In this document: piece by piece, positions 10,189-20,331 of the stretch | Layout of the letters: every line of letters starts with the position of its first letter | How positions within the stretch are numbered: the stretch's first letter is position 1 | Source of the DNA: Geosiphon pyriformis uo1 | Taxonomy: Eukaryota; Fungi; Glomeromycota | Assembly: GCA_016748015.1 (NCBI GenBank) | Contig: JAAOMT010000220.1 | Coordinates: 1-20,331 of the forward strand | Reading direction: 5' to 3' | DNA: 20,331 bases | Position numbers and translations under genes: made by a program | The notes under the pieces: model-generated | What the model was told of the DNA's origin: nothing | What the model saw: only the letters and a program-made list of their open reading frames with translations | Databases searched by the model: none

Positions 10189-11993
10189 ATAAAGAAGACT
10201 TTTAAAGATACTAGTTTTGATGGTGGTTTCAAAGCTGTTGTATTGAGGAAGAAAAGGAAGAGAGATGTATTAGAAGAGAGTATTGATAATAGTGGGGTTG
10301 CTGCTGAAGCTTCTGGTGCTTGTTCATGGGGTTCTGAGACTGGTAACACTACTGAGTCTGAGAGTATTGACATTGAAAAAAAGTGCTTGGTTGAAAAAAC
10401 TAGTGTTAACTATGGTGAGAGTGGTACTTTCATGGAAGGAGATCCTGATCAAACACCAAAAAGTTTGCATGTAAAGACCAAAAAAGTGTTGAAAAAGCCA
10501 CTGGATGTGATTGATTACAATATCATCAATGCAGGTAATGATGTTTTGGATGATTTCTTTCTTCTCCCACCTCCTCTTTATATCAAACTATCCATTTAAG
10601 TGTCTGTTCACAAGTTTTTTGCTTTAGATATCAATCTTGTGGTCATTACTGGGAAGTCTTTTCAAGAGAAATTAAGTTTTGTCAGAAAATTATTTTCTGG
10701 TGTGAATGGTTTTGGGGGGGCCTTCACCTCCTCAAAATTTGGTGGAATCATATGGGCTACTTTCACTTCAGAAAAGGCAATAATGACTGCTGGAAAATTG
10801 GCAAATAATTGTAATATTGTGATAAACACCGATCTAAAGCACCCAAACAACAATCATATGAATTGGGCAATTGTGATAAAAAAAATTTCTGTGGGAACTT
10901 CCATGGAGGCTGTGCGTGCTGCCATTTCCGAGTTTGGATTGATTAAGTCAATCAAGATGTAGCTGGTGGATCTGTGGCAAAAAGCAATTATTGAATTGAA
11001 AGATCAGAATCAGGCTAATCTTTTGGCATCCAAATGGTCTATCCTTATTAGAAAGAATGCAGTATGCATGGCTAGGGCCAATATTGACAAACAGACGTGG
11101 GATTTTAGGGATGAATTCAAGGCACTGCTCTACACTCTTTTTGTGAAAACAAATGCTTATGATCTTTGGGATTTCATTGATTTGGTTGGTGGAAAAACAT
11201 GTGTCATTGATCATAATCCTGTTAGCTACACCCGTGCCTGCTGTGCCACTGTTTGCTTTGGGTCTGAATCTGATCTGGTTAGTGCAATGGTTGCAACTCC
11301 AGTTATAAAAAAAATTGGTCTTCGCTGGTTTCGCTTCTCTTTGGTGCTGTGCTCGGTCTGCAGAATTCCTGGTCATACATCTTTCAATTGTGTTTTGGTT
11401 AAGGTTGGTTCAACTCTGAAGGGCAGAAAGACTCCTTTTTCTGCTCAGAATTAGGTCAGATTGGTGACTATCTATGCAAGGAAATCCACACCCATTTCTT
11501 GTCCATTGGCCTTTAGTGATAAGACTTGGGTGTTAGTGGTTGGTGCTTCTCCTGTACATAATCCTCATGGTGCTGGTTCACTTCTCGGTTTTGACAAAGT
11601 TGGAAAACCTTTTCTTTCTGTTGCGAAGAATTTGGATATGCATTTGACAAAGATTGAAAGCAGTCTCATCAGCCTTGTGGGACAAATTAATAAGTTGGCT
11701 AAGAGATTAGATTCACTTGTGCTGGCAGTTCTCCAGCCTAGCCCTGGATGTCAGTTGCCAGTGACCTCCCATCATAAAATCAAGGGAAGGATATAGTGAT
11801 GGGAGTGGGTTTGAGTGAGACCACCAGTGATAGGACTGCTACTGCTTCAATAAGGAACTCATCTGCATCCTCCCATGTTGCCAAGTTAGAAAATATGTTG
11901 AAAGGCTTTGCTGCTTCAGTGCTGAGTTTGTCTGCTCATTTTAATAGTTTGGTTTTGGCTGGTAGTGTGCTTCCACAACCTTCATCCCAATGA
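10189..11993 (+). pseudogene. LINE ORF1 (RRM-like domains, single CCHC knuckle, C-terminal coiled-coil)
   Basis: Track ORFs 10243, 10600, 10966 and 11461 share one frame separated by single stops. AIVIKKISVGTSMEAVRAAISEFGLIKSI is RRM-like. CSVCRIPGHTSFNC lies at 11350-11391. Start codon inferred (ATA at 10189). Confidence 0.85.
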
Positions 11994-14900
11994 ATGGTCT
12001 TATTTAAAAAATTGCTACTTGTAACATTAGGGGCATGAACAATCCTGCAAAATAGGATAATATTGTTCGTCGGCATAAAGAGATAAACAATTTGATTACA
12101 ATTGTTACTGAAACTAAACTGAAAGGTAAGATCTGACTGTGAATCATAAACAAGTTTGGCAGTATCTGAGTTTTCACTTTGGGTATAGATGCTGGTCACT
12201 TGGGTTCTGGTGTCGCAATTATTATGAACAATTCTTTGGCTTGGCACATGTGTAAGGTTTTGGAAGTTCCTGGCCAGTTTCTCTCTATTAAGTTACTTTT
12301 CAAAAATAAACTTTTTGTATCAATTTTGGGACTGTATGCTGGGGCATCTTTGGCAGTACATTTTTCTCAGGCAAATGATATTAATTCTATGATTGCAAAA
12401 GCTGTGAATGAATTCTCTTTTACTATTTTAGGTGAAAATTTCAATGAAGATGGTTCTCACAAGTGTGCCAGCTTTAAAAAATGTTTCAATCTTGGTTTGG
12501 TTAATTCCTTGGGTGAGAGTGCATCTGGAAAGAAAGCAACATAAAACAATTCTCAAGGTGTCTCTAAGACTATTGACTATGTGTTTGTATTCTCAAGTCT
12601 GGTTAATGCGATATTGAATTATGAAGTGATTGATGTTGGTAATTATTTTGATACTGATTATAGGGCTGTTTTTGTTTCCGTGGATGTTGGTAGTTTTTTG
12701 AACACACACTTGTTCTTACTGCACAAACAAGCAAATAAGGATTATTGGAAGTACAATTACACAAGTGCTGATGATGCTAAATGGATTGGGTTTAGGAAAA
12801 AAACAGTGGTGAATGCTATTATGTTTAGTGATAAATTCTCTGTTGTTGTGGAAAGTTCGGATTTGGATGCTATATAGTATGTTCTTCACCAGATGATGTG
12901 TTTGTCAGCCGAGTCTGTCTTTAAGAAGATATGGTTCAAGAGCTATAATGAAGTCTTCAATAAGGTGTCTTCCAGGTTTCACAAATTAGAACTTTTGGTG
13001 TCAAAGATTGTTAAGGCCTCTCATCTGGTTGCTCATGAAAAATTTGTGTCTTTGCTTGATGTATGGAGTGGTTTTGACTCTGCCAATGCCTCTGTTGTAA
13101 AGTCTCTGTTTCTTTTGGGTTCTCATTTTGATACCATCCATTCAATCTTGCCTAAAATTAGGAAATCATATTGTTCTTCTAAACTCTCAGAATCAAGCTG
13201 TGCTTGAGAGTTCCAGATCAGATTGGCAATTGACAAGAGAATAGAAAGCTTTAAGTTAGACAAGAGCCGTACTATTAGGAGTGTTTTGGAGCATTCTTTT
13301 TGCAAAGTTGTTTTGGATCATTTAGTGGTAGATGATGAACTGATTTTGGAACCAGCTCTAGTGAAGTCTAAGATAAATGAGATCATGGAGGGCTGGACTA
13401 GAAAGTGCAAGATGGTTTTTGACATTCTTGATGACTGGTTTCGACGTTCTTGATGACTGGTTTCGACAGTATCAATCTTTGAATTATGTATATAATGATG
13501 CTTTTTCTGGTGTGATGGGCTTGATTGATTATGATGAATTGATTAGAGTTGTTTCTGACTAGCCTCTTGGATATTTTAAATGAATTATAGAAACATTGTG
13601 ACATTTCAGTTCTCAGTATGTTTTTGGTGCTTTTAAATTTTTGCTTGTTTGTTAAATCTGTATCTAGCCTTTGGAAAGAGGCTTGGGTCTTGATGATTCC
13701 CAAGCCTTATAAGTGGAAAGGTGTTTTGATGAACACTCATTCTATTGTCTTGATCGAAATGGCTCACAAAATTCTTTTCAAGATTTTTTCAGATAGAATT
13801 TCACTGGCTTGCAGTACTCATAATGTTCTACACAGTAACAACTTTTCAGTTTTAAGGAGTACAACAACTCAGTCTCCTATTTTTGTGATTGGTTTGGTAA
13901 TTAAGGATGCTTTGAAAAAGAACTGAAAACTCTGGCTTGTTCTGCAGGACATGTGAAAAGCATATGATTTGGTTGGCTGGAAGCATCTTGAGAAATGCCT
14001 TTTGAGGATCAAAATGTGTGGTAAATTTGTTTGTTTTTTTGGTAGTATTCACAAAAACCAGACCAACTGAGTTATGACAGATTTTGGTTTGACCAATGGT
14101 TATTGGGTGCACAATAGACTGAACCAAGGTGAAGTTTTTTCTCCTCTTCTGTGGTGCATATTTTATGATCCTCTTCTGTGTGAAGTCAAGCACCAAGAGA
14201 GTATGTGCGAATACAGGCTCATTTCTCATTTTGTTTCTGGAAGTGATCACACTGAGTTTTAGGCTGGGCTTTTCTCTTTTTTTGCTGCTGGTGCTTTTGT
14301 AGATAATACCATTTGAGTAGATAGCAGCCAGGCTGTTACACAACATATTCTCAATGTTGCTAGTGAATTTTTCAGGTTAAATAACATTTTAATCAATAAT
14401 GATAAGACTGTAGCCATCCCTATCAACTGTTGGGTTGCTACACTCTTTTTGACTATCAGTGGCTTGCCTATTTCCATTGCCAAAAAAAGAGAACCTCATC
14501 ACTATTTGGGTATTTTTTTGTTTTCTGAGGGTTTTTCAAAGTCTAACTTGGCTAAAACTCAGTCAGATGTATGGTTTTTTGTGAATCTGGTTTTAAAGAA
14601 GGCAATATCAGACAAACAATACGTGTATTTGGTATCTGCGGTTCTTTTTCCTATTATTAGCTATAGAATTCAGTTCAGTTTCGTTCCTCTTTGTGTCTGT
14701 AATAAATGGGATGCTCTTATACACAAGGTTTTAAAGTCAAAGTCTGGGCTACCACACGACTTCCCCAATGATGTATTTTATCATCCTTCTTTGTACAATT
14801 TAAAAACTTTTGAACAGATTCAAGCTGAAGACAAATCGGCTTCCATTGTCACTTTTGTGAATTCCATTGGTGTTTTGAGTCGCTTATTTTCTTATAAGTC

Positions 14901-16679
14901 TCATGATCTTCAGGTTCTTAGCTGGTGGCCTCATCATTTTTTGCTGTTTCTAGTTTGTGTTGGTGTCAGCCCCTCAAATAATTTTTTGGCAGGTGTGGTT
15001 TGCATTTTTTTTGGGTGTGATTTATCTTTGAATGGCTTTCTGGTGTGCACATTTTACCATCAGAGTGGTACTTCTATGTCTTTTGTTCTTGGTGAACTCT
15101 TTTTTTTCAAGTATGTCTCTTCACTCAGACATTATGGAATTGCTTTTGTGGAACAGCTTCACGACCATAATGGTAATGTTTTCAGTTGGAGTACCTTCAA
15201 GTGTTGGAAGAGGCTGGACCTTCATGGTCTAGTTTTCTTCTGGTTTGATCTCTCCATTTGCTTTTTTGGTGATGTTGTTCTCCCTTCTGTCAGTTCTTTG
15301 GTCTCAGATAGTTGAGCTGATTCTGATGTTCATCAATCTCATGGTTTTAGTATGGTTTGTAACACTCTGTTGACAGTTGATGCTGCTTGTCTTTCTGTAT
15401 ATATGGATAGGTCTCTGTATAGTCTGGGCACTGTTGACATAAAAGCAGTTGCTGTCATTTTTTTTGAGGACATTGACATGGGTTTGGATGTAGGGGTGTC
15501 TGGTCTAGTTTCTTTTACTTTGACAGAGTTACAAGCCATCACTTTGGCTCTTGAGTGTGTTCTTTCTTCTTATTCAATTGACTTGTTTTTTGACAGCCAA
15601 GCAGCTTTGAATACATGCATGTCAGAGTCTTTGCTGGTCCATCCAGAGTTTAGGAACTATTGCTGGATTGAGCGTCATCATATTGTTAATGTTATTTGTC
15701 GAAAAATTTGGATGTAAATTGGATTAAGGTTAAGAGTCATTCGGGTAACTTAGACAATGAGCATGCTAATGCACTTGCCAAGGATACAGCTGTCTTTGCC
15801 TGACATCTGCCTCACTTGGTTAGTGAATGCTTTCTGAGTGCTGATAGTATTGCAGTTTTTGGAAATTCTAGACACTTTGTACATGATGTTTTCTGTTCTG
15901 TTTATCATGCTCAATAGGAAGTTGGATTTAGATCTCGGGTCATGGTGGATAGTTTGCATGCTGATATTGATTGGTTTAAGTCCTCTCTGGTATGGCACCC
16001 CAATTCTCATTTGGCTGTTGGTTTTACTAATATGCATACAGCTGGTTCTTGAACGTACTTTATGAAAGCCCTCCATCATTGGCTCCCAGTTGCTGTGCGT
16101 AAGCGTTTGTATAATAGAAGTTACTCCAGTATGATGTGTTTATACTGTGGTGATGTTGAGATCTTAGACCATGTCTTTTCTTGTCCTCATAACTCCACTG
16201 TTCATGCTCATTTGTTGAACTCTCATGCTTTGGCTTGGGAGGCTTTTTCTGGTTTGTTTCACTCTTCTTCATGTGTTTCACAGTTGTTAGCTTCTTGTGT
16301 CTCTGAGGTAGAAATTGGTATTGCTTTGTATAAGGGCTTTGTTTTTTGTAACTAGTATTGTGAGTCTGTTTCGGTTTTTAATGATTCTAAGATTGGGGCT
16401 AAAAAAATTGTGAATTTTGTGCGTAACTTTTGTCTTGCATTTTGGGAGAATGTTTGGTTGGTTCGTGTCAAACATTGGGCTTTTATGGAAAAGCATGGTT
16501 TGATCCTTCATTATGGTTTTATTCTTATGCCAATTTCTGGTTTGTCTATGAGATTCTCAGCTGATATAATTAGGTTGCTAGGTGTGGCTGAAGCTTTTGG
16601 GGTTAGTTTTGGGTTTTATAAGTTTTGTTCGTTTTTTTCAGGTGTTGAGGATTTGGTCTCTGTGCATATAGGTGTGTAG
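11990..16679 (+). pseudogene. LINE ORF2: APE endonuclease (~11990-12690), RT (~13570-14530), RNase H (~15390-15790), C-terminal zinc finger (16137-16184)
   Basis: ATCNIRG..ETKL, LGENFN, IDYVF..TDY (APE). KAYDLV, QGEVFSPLLW, FVDN at 14296-14307 and HYLG (RT). VYMDRS, ELQAI, FDSQAAL and KSHSG..NEHANALAK (RNase H). CLYCGDVEILDHVFSC (zinc finger). Confidence 0.92.
13421..13468 (+). repeat. 22-bp tandem duplication causing a frameshift in ORF2
   Basis: gac-a-ttcttgatgactggtttc-gac-g-ttcttgatgactggtttc-gac-a. Confidence 0.9.
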
Positions 16680-16826
16680 TGTTGTCCTAACTGGCCCAAG
16701 TGGCTGGTCACATGTAGAAAGTATATGATTGACTCCTAGTTTAAATTATTTAAATGATGTATAGTATTAGGTCGCATTTGGACCTCACTTGTTAAAATAA
16801 AAAAAATAAAAAAATAGTAAAACAGC

Positions 16827-17301
16827 AATATTTTTAATCAAAATAGAGATTAATATATATTCAGTTAAACCAATAACAAAAGTCAACTTCTAAGAAACTT
16901 TACTGAAAAGAACATATGAGTTAATAGAAACTTTAAAAAACAAAAGGCAAAAAGCAGCTGATAATATACAAAAGCCATAAGCAAAACAAAAATAATAATA
17001 TAATAACTAGTTATTAGATAATCTAATCAAATTTAAGATTGGAAACAAAGTACTCTTATATTATATTAAAGTAAAAAAACAATGGAGTAGAAAATTTAAC
17101 CCCAAATAAAACAGATTAATTTACATTGAAAAAATTTTAGGAAACAGAACTTATAAATTAAGATGAAACAACAAAATCTTAACTAAAACAATACATAGTA
17201 ATTAACTAAAACTATATCACAATATAGTATCATTATCTATTAATAATATTTCACAATTAGAAATACAACAAATATTATTTAAACCAGATGAGATTTTATG
17301 A
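16827..17301 (+). pseudogene. pol: Integrase C-terminal part with GPF/Y-like region; no chromodomain evident
   Basis: Continues in frame after the LINE TSD (YSKTA-IFLIKIE). FKIGNKVLL...KFNPK*NRLIYIEKILGNRTYKL...IHSN*LKLY. Confidence 0.85.
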
Positions 17302-17958
17302 AATCTGAAATCAATTATAGTTATCAAAACAAACATGTCAAATTAATTGATTAAAATAGTATATAAAAAAACAATACATGTGAAAAAAGCAATAGTAAAA
17401 AGATAAAAATTCCAAATTATATCCACACAATAACACAACAATTGTTTCAAGCTATAAATTAACAACAGTTAAACATAAAAATTATTATTAACCACCAAAC
17501 AATTTGCTATCAAAACACTAAAAAAAAGAAAAAAACAAAAACTATTTCATATTAATAATTACAAAACTAAACAAAACACTAGTCAAATAAAATTATAAAA
17601 AAAGTAAAGAACATTTTTAAAAAATACCAATAATTGTTTTAACAGAAAAATTAACTAAAAAAAACTGAAAGCTATAAATAAAACAACTTTCAGTATATAT
17701 TTTTATTATTAATTAGGACAAAAACTGAATATTCAGAAATTTTATTAAAAAGAAAACAAATTCTATACTATACATCAAAACAATTTACTAACTATATATT
17801 ATATTTCAAAACTATTTAAAAATACTACCATATCAAAAAATAAAAACAATAATCATTAACTAATGAGAAAAAATAAACAACTCTTAATGTAAAAAAATAA
17901 GAAACAAAATTAAACAAACAGTATTAGAAAAAAAAGTAAAAGACTTAATTTGAAATAA
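17298..17958 (+). pseudogene. Putative extra ORF (ORF3) between pol and PPT, unknown function
   Basis: An ATG overlaps the apparent pol stop (ATGA, 17298-17301). Coding-like segments include FYY*LGQKL and IY*LYIIFQ, with several stops and frameshifts. Confidence 0.4.
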
Positions 17959-17980
17959 AATTTTGATAGAGTTCAATATT

Positions 17981-17994
17981 AAAAAAGAAGATAA
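17981..17994 (+). promoter_or_regulatory. Polypurine tract
   Basis: aaaaaagaagataa directly abuts the 3' LTR. Confidence 0.7.
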
Positions 17995-18965
17995 TATTAT
18001 TCATAGAAAAGAGTACAAAAAAAAAGTAAGAAAAACAAATAGAAAAATAAACCAATAAGAAAATAATACTTAGTGAGTAAGTACAATATTAGAAAATTAT
18101 AACATATTGCTTAGCAATATGCATATTATTAGTAAATTATGGCATATTGCTTAGCAATAAGTGTATTATTAGTAAATTATAACATACTACTTAGCAATGA
18201 GCATATTGTTAGAAAATTATGACATATTATTTAGCAATATATACATTGTTAGAAAAATTAAAATACACTGTTCAAAAAATATGTAATCTTATATAACAAG
18301 AATTATGTATATATAGTGAAAATATTAGAAGCAAAAAAGAGGCAGAATTTATTAAAATTCTAAATCTCCAATATCTTTTCTTCAAAAAATAGTTTTTTAT
18401 AACTTAAAATAAAATTACATTAATATCAATAAAATATCTACTTATTATTCAAATCTATATTATTATCATTTGATTAAAAATATTAATTAATTCCATTTTA
18501 TCAACACTTTATGTTAATAGTATCTAACACTTAACTACATTGGACCAATTGTTCTTGATCATAGCTATTGACAAAATACTAATTTTTTATTTTTTTTTTA
18601 TTTTATTTTTTATTTTATTTTTATTTTTGTTTGTTTTATTTTTTTGTTGTTTACTAATTAATTAAAAAAATTAAATGCTAAGTATTTAATGTCAAGAATA
18701 GCCTGGTAAAAAATCTAGAAATAAGAGTAGAAATTTAAAGATAGCTTACTAGAAAGGCACAACTGTTAAAATAAACTGGCTATCATGCTAAAGAAAAAAA
18801 TTCATAGAATAAACTTCCAGAAGAGTACAAAACATTAATTAAATCTCTGTTCATTATACAAAAGACTCAACCAAAATTTTCAGAAAATATTAACATCTAT
18901 AATTATTGAGCACTAAATTACAGGTTTGTTATTTGTTTCAATACTCCAAATAATCATCTGTAATA
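17995..18965 (+). repeat. 3' LTR (971 bp)
   Basis: Colinear with 1261-2182. Starts tattat (tgttac with transitions), ends gtaata, followed by TSD ctgt. Confidence 0.92.
18079..18272 (+). repeat. 40-bp tandem repeat in 3' LTR (4 copies plus a partial copy)
   Basis: Units at 18079, 18119, 18159 and 18199. Confidence 0.85.
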
Positions 18966-19308
18966 CTGTATAATTAAGCCTAAAAAGTTTATTGTAAATA
19001 GTCTGTTTACTTATTTCAATTTTAGAATATGTTTTTGCAAATTGTGTCTTAATTTCAATTAATATAGTAAAGTGATTTTGATTTACAATTTTTCCAATCT
19101 GTTGACACATTTTTGGTAAAGTTTTTTATGGACAACCTGAATGATAAATTGCTTAAATTTGACTATTTTTACGAAGTTGTCCTATATATTATTCATAAAA
19201 GTGAAGAAAAACATTGATTTTTTGAGATATTTTGGTTGAACTTCGATAACCTTGTTGTCAAAATCTCTTAGCAACTCCACAATTGAATTTTACAGGATTA
19301 TTTTTTAT
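18966..19308 (-). pseudogene. Tc1-like transposase, N-terminal paired-type HTH DNA-binding part
   Basis: F*QQGYRSSTKISQKINV...HSGCP*K (RSGRPRK linker)...ISKQTIYNKLFRLNY (S..TI.R.L). Start inferred (ATA at 19308). Confidence 0.85.
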
Positions 19309-19456
19309 TACAAAAAATAAAACACATTATTAATCAAAACAATTTTGTTTTAAAAATAAAAATAGTAGTATGAAATATATGTGTGTACAAATTATTACTT
19401 AAAATGTCTTAACAATAGCTAATCAGACCATAATAAGAATTATACACTAGAAAAGT

Positions 19457-19485
19457 TATCTCACCATTACTTTTCAGAGGTACTA
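19457..19485 (-). repeat. Right terminal inverted repeat of the Tc1-like element
   Basis: Reverse complement TA|TAGTACCTCTGAAAAGTAATGGTGAGATA matches the left TIR. TA at 19486-19487. Confidence 0.8.
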
Positions 19486-20331
19486 TATAAGTAAAAAAAG
19501 TATAATAATAATAACTAAATAAATCAATAAATATTAATAATATAATTAAAAAAACAGTTACAAAATAATAATATAACTGAAAAATTTTAAATAAAAATAA
19601 TGGTAAATGAAAAGTTTATTAACTAATTATTTTCAAAAAATGTAATTAAAAGTTGCAAATAATAACAATAAATTGTTTTTTTGTTAATATTATGGATAAA
19701 AATTTCTATCAAACAATTTGTTTGTAAAATAAAAAAAGAGAGTTTATAACAAATAAAATTTTTTAATTAATTATCTTTTTTAATTAATCATATTTTAATT
19801 AATTGTTTTGTAAATCAATCATTTTTTCAATTAATTATCTATTTAAAAATAAATTTTTTAATTAAAAAAGTCGGTGTAATTACTTTATTAATATATATAT
19901 ATATTATAATTATAACTCTCTAAATTATTTTTTGTGTTATATTGATCTTGTTTTCAATAAATATTTTACTGCATAATACTATAAAATAAATCTTGATATT
20001 TACAATCAATTGTAATACAATTAAATATAATTTCTTTATCTGTTTTATAAAAAAAATAGCAACTTCAATAAATGAAACAACATTTAGCAGTATTTTAAAA
20101 TAAAAGCAGAAAAACAATATAAAAATACTTTATAATGCCAACTTGACATTATTTTAATTTATTAGTAGACACAGAAATACTAATTTTTTAAAAAATAAAA
20201 CGAATTCAAAAAAAATAGTCAAAACAATTTCTTTAAACATTGATGGCCTAATTTTAAATATTGTTTCAATTTATTATAAATTATTATGGAAGAATCGAAG
20301 GTTACTTTTTCCGGTTTTGAAATCAAAATCA

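Larger units (their letters stand above)
10055..16813 (+). mobile_element. Apparently full-length non-LTR retrotransposon (LINE, APE-type with RNase H), ~6.76 kb
   Basis: 13-bp TSD atagtaaaacaac (10042-10054) / atagtaaaacagc (16814-16826). A-rich tail at 16794-16813. Two ORFs. Abrupt switch to a more GC-rich, T/G-rich strand composition. Confidence 0.95.
1261..18965 (+). mobile_element. Ty3/Gypsy (Metaviridae) LTR retrotransposon with dUTPase, degenerate, ~10 kb without its nested inserts
   Basis: Paired LTRs with TGTTAC...GTAATA (ancestral GTAACA) ends, 4-bp TSD ctat(1257-1260)/ctgt(18966-18969), PBS, PPT and domain order PR-RT-RH-IN. Confidence 0.95.
515..19485 (-). mobile_element. Tc1/mariner DNA transposon, ~1.26 kb when empty, interrupted by the Gypsy element (its parts are 515-1260 and 18966-19485)
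   Basis: TA-flanked ~29-bp inverted termini. The transposase halves join in frame across the Gypsy TSD (RLNYT|AVLLRCVLLL). Confidence 0.9.

Noticed and set aside
10155-16511. Numerous minus-strand ORFs (up to 164 aa) over the LINE
   Set aside because: Expected antisense shadows of a coding strand; no domain signatures.
19488-20331. AT-rich right flank with degenerate ttaattaa repeats (~19760-19840), ORF 19920-20117 and an ATG at 20286 running off the window
   Set aside because: Low complexity or too short to support any call.

Overview
Very AT-rich eukaryotic DNA, probably fungal. The decayed proteins resemble transposon families I recall from Glomeromycotina such as Geosiphon; this is recollection, not a search result. 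No intact host gene is visible. Almost the whole window is a nest of four decayed transposons whose junctions can be resolved to the base. (1) A ~1.26-kb Tc1/mariner DNA transposon (TIRs 515-543 and 19457-19485, transposase on the minus strand). (2) It is split by a Ty3/Gypsy LTR retrotransposon (1261-18965; LTRs 1261-2182 and 17995-18965; 4-bp TSD ctat/ctgt). The gag-pol has an unusual order: N-terminal extension, capsid, CCHC, protease, Cys-rich domain, dUTPase, dUTPase-like linker, RT, RNase H, integrase, followed by a probable extra ORF before the PPT. (3) A 956-bp solo LTR of another family sits in the Gypsy RNase H (8099-9054). (4) An apparently full-length ~6.76-kb LINE sits in the Gypsy integrase (10055-16813; 13-bp TSD; ORF1 RRM+CCHC; ORF2 APE-RT-RNase H-zinc finger; poly-A). 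All coding regions are pseudogenised, mostly by C>T/G>A transitions in many contexts (RIP-like). The short ORFs in the supplied track are fragments or antisense shadows of these elements. A 20-N gap with a ~260-bp overlap duplication lies at 119-661.
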